Below, piece by piece: positions 19,261-26,255 of a DNA stretch of 64,000 bases. The translations under genes were made by a program, and so were the position numbers. The stretch spans positions 983 to 64,982 of the forward strand of contig JARLIG010000009.1 in the NCBI GenBank assembly GCA_031291825.1, given 5' to 3'. How positions within the stretch are numbered: the stretch's first letter is position 1; each line of letters begins with the position of its first letter. Below the pieces are notes generated by a model. The model worked only from the letters and a program-made list of their open reading frames with translations. It was not told where the DNA came from and did no database searches. This stretch comes from Minisyncoccota bacterium. GTDB taxonomy: Bacteria; Patescibacteriota; Minisyncoccia; Phycocordibacterales; UBA9973.

Positions 19261-19959
19261 CTACTTATTCTCTTTCTTCCATTCCTCAATAAGTTTATGG
19301 TTTCCAGAGAGTAAAACTTTAGGAACTTTGTAATTTTTAATCTTTTTACCCTGAGCTTTGCCGAAGGGATATTTTAAAATTTCTGGTCTAGTATACACCT
19401 CGCTGGTGGACACACGTTCTTCTTCTAAAGATTCATATTTCCCTAAAACTCCTGGAATCTGACGAGAGATGGAATCAATCAAAACCATCGCTGGTAATTC
19501 CCCACCCGTCAGCACATAATCTCCGATTGAAAATTTTTTGGTTTTTAAAATTTTATCTACTCGTGCATCGATGCCCTCATATCTGCCACAGATTAAAATA
19601 ATATCTGAATATTTTTTGGAAAATGTTTTAGCGGAAGCAGTGGTAAATTTTTCCGCACTGGGAATAAAATTAATAATTAAAACTTTCGATTTTTTAATTC
19701 TTAATTCGTAATTCGTAATTTTCCTTAAAGCTGATTCAACAGCTTTAAGGATTGGTTCGGCTCGCATGACCATCCCCGGTCCACCGCCATATGGTTTATC
19801 ATCTACCGGCCTATAGTTATTTTTGGGAGCTTTAATAAAATCTCGTGGATTGTAAAATTTCACGGAAATTTTTTTCTCTTTAATCGCCCGCCCAATGATA
19901 GACTCATTTAGATATGAATCAAAACTTTCTGGAAAAATTGTAATTACATGAAAACGCAT
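19261..19959 (-). CDS. trmD: tRNA (guanine37-N1)-methyltransferase TrmD
   Basis: MRFHVITIFPE start, with GRYEGIDARV and SIGDYVLTGGELPA motifs. Start moved from the ORF start (20010) to the Met at 19959, because the extension encodes a GC hairpin. Confidence 0.85.
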   Translation of the reverse strand: MRFHVITIFPESFDSYLNESIIGRAIKEKKISVKFYNPRDFIKAPKNNYRPVDDKPYGGGPGMVMRAEPILKAVESALRKITNYELRIKKSKVLIINFIPSAEKFTTASAKTFSKKYSDIILICGRYEGIDARVDKILKTKKFSIGDYVLTGGELPAMVLIDSISRQIPGVLGKYESLEEERVSTSEVYTRPEILKYPFGKAQGKKIKNYKVPKVLLSGNHKLIEEWKKENK

Positions 19960-19985
19960 ATTTATATAAAATAGTGCGGCCAGCG

Positions 19986-20016
19986 TTTCCCCGAAGGTAG
20001 CACTGGCCAAAAAATA
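19986..20016. repeat. GC-rich hairpin (ggccag..ccccgaagg..ctggcc) in the trmD 5' leader
   Basis: Inverted repeat with a ccgaagg tetraloop module, the same sub-motif seen in the in-frame element cores. Confidence 0.4.
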
Positions 20017-20164
20017 GTTAATCCTTCTTATTCAACTCCGATTTAACGCAAGCCACAGCAAGCATTAAAATCAGGATACAAAATACCGCGACACCTCCGC
20101 ATAAATTTCCCATGACACCCTCCCGACTATATTAATACAACATTTTATGGAAAATATCAACAAC

Positions 20165-20200
20165 AAAAAAACCGACACTTTTCAGTATCGGTCTTTTTTA
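20165..20200 (-). terminator. Intrinsic terminator after the KH-domain gene (hairpin + TTTTTTT on the minus strand)
   Basis: On the minus strand, gaccgatactgaaaagtgtcggt is followed by ttttttgttgttg. Confidence 0.45.
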
Positions 20201-20211
20201 TTCAATGCTAT

Positions 20212-20559
20212 TTAAATTCCTTTCAAGTCTTCCATCGCTTGGTCAACAGTCTTCAAGGTCGGAGCGCTCATATGAGGAGTGGAACTATGTCCTTCTGGTC
20301 TCATACTGCCTGCTGGTTCATTGATTTTTAGATTAACGCGAGCGTTATTCTTCATGCCAATGATGCGGAGCAAGGTGCGGATGGCTTTCGCGGTGTTACC
20401 CATTCGGCCAATAATCTTGCCCATGTCGGCAGGATTTACAGTCAGAGTGATGAGTACGCCCATTTCGTCGACAGTGCGTTCGATTTTTACATCGTTTGGA
20501 TTGTCTACAAGAGCTTTCACTACGTATTCCAAAAATATCTGGTCAGCTTCGTTGTTCAT
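20212..20559 (-). CDS. KH-domain RNA-binding protein (YlqC/UPF0109 family)
   Basis: GKIIGRMGNTAKAIRTLL KH GxxG motif; position between rpsP and trmD as in many bacteria. Confidence 0.8.
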   Translation of the reverse strand: MNNEADQIFLEYVVKALVDNPNDVKIERTVDEMGVLITLTVNPADMGKIIGRMGNTAKAIRTLLRIIGMKNNARVNLKINEPAGSMRPEGHSSTPHMSAPTLKTVDQAMEDLKGI

Positions 20560-20641
20560 AGTATTGAGAGAATTTATTTTTTAATTTAAAACTTTCTTTG
20601 CAGTGTTACGACCCGGTACTGCTTTACTGAATTATACAAAA

Positions 20642-20950
20642 TTATTTTTTCACTTTCAACTCTTTTCGCTTCTGGGTGGGATGTTTCTTTGGCAAAACAT
20701 TTACCTTCTTACCAACGATAACCTTGTCGTGCACTAAAAAATTATGCATCGTACCAGAGCACTGTGCACCCTGGCTAATCCAATATTTTATTCTTTCAGC
20801 ATCTAAATTTTTCTCTCCAGCCTTTGGATTATAAGTTCCTAAAATTTCTAAAAATTTTCCGCTCTTGGTACTATTTTTTGAATCGGTCAAAACAGCCCGG
20901 AACGAAGGGTCATTCTTTCTGCCTATTCTCTGAAGTCTTATTTTTAACAT
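20642..20950 (-). CDS. rpsP: 30S ribosomal protein S16
   Basis: MLKIRLQRIGRKNDPSFRAVLTDS..GTYNP signature. Confidence 0.9.
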   Translation of the reverse strand: MLKIRLQRIGRKNDPSFRAVLTDSKNSTKSGKFLEILGTYNPKAGEKNLDAERIKYWISQGAQCSGTMHNFLVHDKVIVGKKVNVLPKKHPTQKRKELKVKK

Positions 20951-21102
20951 AGTGTGAGTCTAACATAAATTATTTAAAATGCAATTCGCTTTAATGGCAA
21001 CAACAGAAAAAGGCGTCCTCAGAGCCTTTTTGAGAGCTCGTGAAGACGCCTTTGATATTTTTAGTGAACTTCAGTAGGAGTCACTAAATCTCCGTTTTTC
21101 GC

Positions 21103-22248
21103 TTAGCGATGGCTGCCACCAGAAGAACGAGCACCACCTGATGGATGGAATCCACCACCAGAAGAAACTGGACGTGGTGCAGGAGATTGTCCTCCACCAA
21201 AGCGTGTACCAGTTACTGGGCGAACATTATATCCGCCAGAACCAGAAGTGCCATTGCCGCCACCAGCATAACCGCCGGAACCGTTGCCGTAACCACCAGC
21301 GCCAGAACCACCAGAACTTCCAGAGGTACCATTACCTCCGGAACCATAAGTACCCGAACCACCGTTACTAGGAGTTCCGCCACCTGTTGTGGGTGTTCTC
21401 CCAGGACCGCCGCTGACTCCGCCACCGACACCGAGACCGCCGCCAGCAAATCCGCCACCGCCAGAACCAGGATAGTAACCCCGACCGTGGTAACAGTAGC
21501 GACCACCCCACCAACCCCAAACCAAAAATGAATAACCGGGGTAGTAAAGCCCGACGTACGGACTTTCAACAACGACAACCTCTTGCTCATAATTTCTTCT
21601 TGAGCTAGAAGCAACTTGCTCTCCTCCGAGACAATCCGCCATTACTTTCTTGCGGGTTTTTTTGTCCAGCACTTTTAACAGTGCTGTCAGTCTTACCGCG
21701 TCTTGGCAAATTGCAGGCACAGGAGGTGCCTGCTGCATTGTTGGTTGCTGTTGCTGCTGATAGTTAGCACGCATTGGAGCAGGTGCTCCAGCTGGTGCTG
21801 GGGCAGAAGCTTGTGATGCAGCGGGCGCAGCGGGTTGAGTTGCTGTAGCCGTAGTTTGTGGTGCTGATGGATAAAAAATCCCATCGTTAGGGTTTCCGCA
21901 GGCATCGATTGCGTACGGAACCTCTTTCAAAGATCCATCTGCGTTGGTCTCCCAGCGCATCATGAAACCCTTGTGCTCCACTATCCACTGTTTTCCCGCT
22001 GTTGTCAGCGAGTGCAAGCAGGCATCCGCTTCAAGCGGAGCTGCAATCTTGCTCTTGCCGTCAACTGGTTCGTGACCTTTGAGCCCAAAAAACTTTGGCT
22101 CGTAGGTTGTGTAGTTACCGGAACGATAAGCTGCGCCGCAGCTATCCTTGTCCGGAAACATGTTCGGTTTGGATTGCGCGGTCACCGTGGTAGTTACCAC
22201 GATGAAAACAAAAAAAGTTGTAAAGAACAAACTGATTCTACGAATCAC
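21103..22248 (-). CDS. Secreted Gly/Ser/Pro-rich low-complexity protein with a Cys-containing N-terminal domain; compositionally GC-rich relative to its surroundings
   Basis: Signal peptide, ~120-aa domain with 6 Cys, PAAPAASQASAPAPAGAPAP and QQQQ linkers, a Tyr/Trp/Gly patch, then a ~130-aa GGxGS tail. The local GC is clearly above the window average. Confidence 0.55.
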   Translation of the reverse strand: MIRRISLFFTTFFVFIVVTTTVTAQSKPNMFPDKDSCGAAYRSGNYTTYEPKFFGLKGHEPVDGKSKIAAPLEADACLHSLTTAGKQWIVEHKGFMMRWETNADGSLKEVPYAIDACGNPNDGIFYPSAPQTTATATQPAAPAASQASAPAPAGAPAPMRANYQQQQQPTMQQAPPVPAICQDAVRLTALLKVLDKKTRKKVMADCLGGEQVASSSRRNYEQEVVVVESPYVGLYYPGYSFLVWGWWGGRYCYHGRGYYPGSGGGGFAGGGLGVGGGVSGGPGRTPTTGGGTPSNGGSGTYGSGGNGTSGSSGGSGAGGYGNGSGGYAGGGNGTSGSGGYNVRPVTGTRFGGGQSPAPRPVSSGGGFHPSGGARSSGGSHR

Positions 22249-22259
22249 GAGACCTCCTT

Positions 22260-22300
22260 AGGGTCGACGGGTTGACTTTGACAGTCGACCCTTATTCCTT
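22260..22300 (+). promoter_or_regulatory. Divergent promoter region with a GC palindrome (gggtcgac..gtcgaccc) overlapping a TTGACA -35 for rnr; candidate operator
   Basis: 8-bp perfect palindrome arms flank ttgactttgaca; ttgaca-16 bp-tataaat sits upstream of rnr. Confidence 0.35.
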
Positions 22301-22373
22301 ATAAATATAGCATATTATAGCCTAAATGTCAAGCTTAATTTGGTATTTTAGCCATATGTGCTATATTTAAAAG

Positions 22374-24311
22374 GTGAAAAATCAAACGAACAATAAAGTA
22401 CAGGGCGTTATCTCTATCTCCTCTAAAGGCACAGGCTATGTCAAGGTTTTAGACCAAAAAGACGATATTGAAATTGATTCTCGAAATCTAAAAACTGCAC
22501 TACATGGCGATACAGTAGAGGTAGTCCTCCACCCTAAAAACCACGGGCGATTAAGCGGAGAAGTTTCTAAAATAATTTCTCGCGTGAAAATTCGCTTTGC
22601 AGGAATTTTAGAAGAAGAAAATAAAATGTTTTTTTTAAAGCCGGATGATACAAAAATGTATACCGACATTTTAGTTCCGAAAGAATCTTTAAATGGCGCA
22701 AAGGGAGGACAAAAAGTTTTTGTGGAAATAACTTCTTGGGTGGACGCAAAAAAAGCTCCGCTTGGAAAAGTGGTCAAAATTTTAGGACGTCCAGGCGACA
22801 ACGATACTGAGATGCATTCGATAGCCATGGAAAAAGGTTTCGACTCCGAACTGCCACACAAAGTGGAAGAGGAAGCCAGAAGCATCAAACAAGCAGGGAT
22901 AAAAGAAAGTGATTATGCCCTACGCCGTGACTTTAGAAAAATTTTAACTTTTACGATTGACCCCTCGGACGCTAAAGATTTCGATGATGCCCTATCTTTT
23001 AAAGAAGTTGGTAACGATGAGTATGAAATTGGCATTCACATTGCGGACGTTTCGCATTATGTAAAGGTCGGTAGCGCTTTAGATATCGAAGCGCGCGAGC
23101 GAGGTACTTCTGTTTATCTAGTAGATAGAACTATTCCGATGTTGCCAGAAATTCTTTCCAATGATTTATGCAGTTTAGTTCCTAACAAAGATAGACTCAC
23201 GATGAGCGCCGTTTTTGTAATTGATAAAAATGCGCAAGTCAAAAACGAATGGTTCGGACGTACGGTAATTCACTCGCAAAAAAGATTTACTTATGAAGAA
23301 GCAGAGGTTTCCATTAAAAAATCAACTGCTCCCCTACACAAAGAGCTCGCTATTTTAAATAATTTGGCAAAAAAACTAACAAAGGAAAGATTTTCTCAAG
23401 GCGCTATTTCGCTCGACCAAGAAGAAGTAAAATTTGTCCTTGATGAAAAAGGTGTGCCAATAAAAGTTATCAAAAAAGAGCGCGGAGATTCCAATAAGCT
23501 GATTGAAGAATTTATGCTTTTAGCAAATAGAAAAGTTGCCGAAGTATTGTCTCCTAAAAAAATCAAGGGCGTAAAAGACAAAAAAGAAGAAGAAAGTGTG
23601 TCTATTTATCGTATTCATGACTTACCAAGCAAAGAAAAAATGGCCGACTTAGCATTTTTCTTACGTAGCTTGGGACATAAAGTATCTTTACAAAATGGAA
23701 TAATTCCAACTTATGAAATAAATAAATTATTGGAAAGCTTGGCGGGAAAAAATGAAGCGGATACAGTTCACCGCGCCGTGATTCGTTCAATGGCCAAAGC
23801 AATTTATTCCACAAAGAACATCGGCCACTACGGACTAGCTTTTCAATATTACACACATTTCACTTCCCCCATCCGCAGATATCCAGACATTATGATTCAC
23901 CGGCTACTGGCTGACCATTTGGCTAAGAAAAAAAATACTATAGGTAAATTAATTGAATTCGAAAAGATGAGCCGCATTGCATCCGAACAAGAAAAGCGCG
24001 CCTCTGACGCAGAAAGGGCTTCTATCAAATACAAACAAGTCGAATATATGAGTAAACGTTTGGGTAAAAGTTTTACTGGAGTCATCAGTGGTATGACCGA
24101 ATGGGGTATGTATGTGGAAGAAACAGAAACAAAGTGTGAAGGACTGGTTCGTATGCGCGACATGGACGATGATTTTTATGTTTTCAATGAAAAAAAATTA
24201 GAATTAGTCGGACAGAAAAAGAAAAAAAGTTATCGCTTGGGTGATAAAGTAAAAATAAAAGTAAAGGCCGTTGATCTAGAAAGAAAAACCATAGACTATA
24301 CTCTGCTATGA
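22374..24311 (+). CDS. rnr: Ribonuclease R (RNB family 3'-5' exoribonuclease with a C-terminal S1 domain)
   Basis: RRDFR...TIDP.DAKDFDDA RNB motifs, cold-shock-like N-terminus, S1 domain at the C-terminus. Confidence 0.9.
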   Translation: MKNQTNNKVQGVISISSKGTGYVKVLDQKDDIEIDSRNLKTALHGDTVEVVLHPKNHGRLSGEVSKIISRVKIRFAGILEEENKMFFLKPDDTKMYTDILVPKESLNGAKGGQKVFVEITSWVDAKKAPLGKVVKILGRPGDNDTEMHSIAMEKGFDSELPHKVEEEARSIKQAGIKESDYALRRDFRKILTFTIDPSDAKDFDDALSFKEVGNDEYEIGIHIADVSHYVKVGSALDIEARERGTSVYLVDRTIPMLPEILSNDLCSLVPNKDRLTMSAVFVIDKNAQVKNEWFGRTVIHSQKRFTYEEAEVSIKKSTAPLHKELAILNNLAKKLTKERFSQGAISLDQEEVKFVLDEKGVPIKVIKKERGDSNKLIEEFMLLANRKVAEVLSPKKIKGVKDKKEEESVSIYRIHDLPSKEKMADLAFFLRSLGHKVSLQNGIIPTYEINKLLESLAGKNEADTVHRAVIRSMAKAIYSTKNIGHYGLAFQYYTHFTSPIRRYPDIMIHRLLADHLAKKKNTIGKLIEFEKMSRIASEQEKRASDAERASIKYKQVEYMSKRLGKSFTGVISGMTEWGMYVEETETKCEGLVRMRDMDDDFYVFNEKKLELVGQKKKKSYRLGDKVKIKVKAVDLERKTIDYTLL

Positions 24312-26251
24312 ATAATCCCGTAAATTCGAAAACTAAACAGACTATTAGCTTAATATTCTGGATTATTTCTGCAGTGGTTATCGGAATCATAATCGCATCA
24401 TTGTTTATTAAGGGAGGTAAATATGAAGCCTCTGTGTCACCAAAAGAAAAATCTGCAACGGTAATCCAAATAATTCCACCAATTGCGCCAGACCCAAACA
24501 TTCCGCAAGCACAATATTTTTATGTAAATAAAAACGAAAATGGACAACAGCCAAATGTTTCTGCTAAGGCATACTTGGTCGGCGATTTAAACACTGGTGA
24601 GGTAATTCTTTCTAAGAATCAAGACGAAAAATTTCCAATGGCTTCTGTTTCAAAACTTATGACCGCCTTGGTCGCCACTAAAATATTAAATCCAGAAGAT
24701 GATACCGCGCAAGTGACCAAAACAGCTTTGATAATTGAAGGCAAAAGCGAAGGTAAAAATGGGGAACTTTATTCTGGACAGCAAATAACCATTAACACCC
24801 TTTTGTATCCCCTTTTACTAGAATCCAGCAACGGCGCCGCAGAAGTTATTTCCGAATATTTCGGCAAGGATGATTTCATTTCAAAAATGAACCAAGAAGC
24901 AGCTAATTTAAAAATGGCCTCCACTTCTTACGAAGACCCGAGTGGGCTTTCAGTAAATAATCAATCAACTCCATCAGATTTGTTTAAATTAACTGGATAT
25001 ATCATGCAGAATTATCCGAGTTTATTTCAACTAACCACCCTTAGAAGTTATTCCAATAAAAAACAAAGCTGGTCAAATATCAGCCAATTCGTCGGACAAA
25101 ATGGTTATGCTGGAGGCAAAGAAGGTTATACTGACGCAGCCGACCAAACCGTCGTCGCTATTTTTGATTTACCTCTCGGGCAAACTGGCTATCGTCCCAT
25201 TGCAATTACTCTTCTACAAAGCACTGACCGTAAAAAAGATGTGGAAACTATTCTGCAGTATTTGAAAAATAATATTTATTACGGCGGATTAGCAGATGCA
25301 AATACGAACTGGGTACAAGAGAAAGTCGGCTCGCCAGACATAACACAGCCGAGCTATGTGACCATGGCTTTCGCTGGAGACATTATGCTCGACCGCGGAG
25401 TGAAAGATTCTGTTATTAAAAATTTCAATGATGACTATTCGGCAATTTTTGAAAACTTAAATATCTTCAAACAATCTGATATAGCATTTGCAAACTTAGA
25501 AGGCCCTATTTCAGACCAAGGCACGAATAAAAATAATTTATATTCTTTTAGAATGGATCCTGCTGTGGCGCCAGCATTAGCTGGCGCCGGTATCAGTATT
25601 TTATCCGTAGCAAATAACCATATCGGCGATTGGGGAATTTCCGCCTTCACTGATACTTTATCAAGCTTAAATGAAAATGAAATTGCCTACACTGGCGGAG
25701 GATTAACTGAGGCAGAAGCCGACGCGCCAACAATTATAAATAAATACGGAATGAAAATTGGTTTTCTGGCTTTCTCGGATGTTGGGCCAAATGACATGGC
25801 CGCGGGAGTAAACACACCGGGAATTCTTTTAGCTAGTGACCCAAACTTTGATAACATAATAAAAAATGCTGCGAGCCAAGTTGATGACCTTGTCGTCTCT
25901 TTCCATTTCGGTGATGAATATCAAACAAAACATAATGCAAGACAAGAACAGCTAGCGCATGAAGCCGTAAATGACGGAGCAAAAATTGTTATCGGATCTC
26001 ATCCGCACGTCGTGGAAGACACAGAAATTTATAAAAATTCCTATATTGCCTATTCCCTCGGTAATTTAGTTTTTGACCAGCCTTTCAGTGCAAACACAAT
26101 GCAAGGTATGCTTCTAGAAATTCAGTTAAACAAAGATGGTTCAATGATTGTTAAAAAAGATACAACACAGCTTAATTCCGCTTTTCAAATAGCAAAAGTC
26201 ACTATCGGTAAGCCGCAGAAAATAACTTTCCCTGTGGCTAAGACAAATTAA
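24308..26251 (+). CDS. Fusion protein: N-terminal TM helix + serine-type D-Ala-D-Ala carboxypeptidase (peptidase S11/PBP5-like) + C-terminal CapA-family metallophosphoesterase (PGA_cap)
   Basis: SxxK (ASVSKLMTA), SxN (ESSNGA) and K(T/E)G motifs, followed by the CapA signatures YVTMAFAGDIMLDRGV, ANNHIGDWG and GSHPHVV. Confidence 0.75.
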   Translation: MNNPVNSKTKQTISLIFWIISAVVIGIIIASLFIKGGKYEASVSPKEKSATVIQIIPPIAPDPNIPQAQYFYVNKNENGQQPNVSAKAYLVGDLNTGEVILSKNQDEKFPMASVSKLMTALVATKILNPEDDTAQVTKTALIIEGKSEGKNGELYSGQQITINTLLYPLLLESSNGAAEVISEYFGKDDFISKMNQEAANLKMASTSYEDPSGLSVNNQSTPSDLFKLTGYIMQNYPSLFQLTTLRSYSNKKQSWSNISQFVGQNGYAGGKEGYTDAADQTVVAIFDLPLGQTGYRPIAITLLQSTDRKKDVETILQYLKNNIYYGGLADANTNWVQEKVGSPDITQPSYVTMAFAGDIMLDRGVKDSVIKNFNDDYSAIFENLNIFKQSDIAFANLEGPISDQGTNKNNLYSFRMDPAVAPALAGAGISILSVANNHIGDWGISAFTDTLSSLNENEIAYTGGGLTEAEADAPTIINKYGMKIGFLAFSDVGPNDMAAGVNTPGILLASDPNFDNIIKNAASQVDDLVVSFHFGDEYQTKHNARQEQLAHEAVNDGAKIVIGSHPHVVEDTEIYKNSYIAYSLGNLVFDQPFSANTMQGMLLEIQLNKDGSMIVKKDTTQLNSAFQIAKVTIGKPQKITFPVAKTN

Positions 26252-26255
26252 ATTT

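Noticed and set aside
21103-22248. Collagen-like or ice-nucleation-like repeat protein
   Set aside because: The Gly-rich tail shows no strict G-X-Y triplet periodicity and no long exact repeats. It is better described as low-complexity GGxGS sequence.
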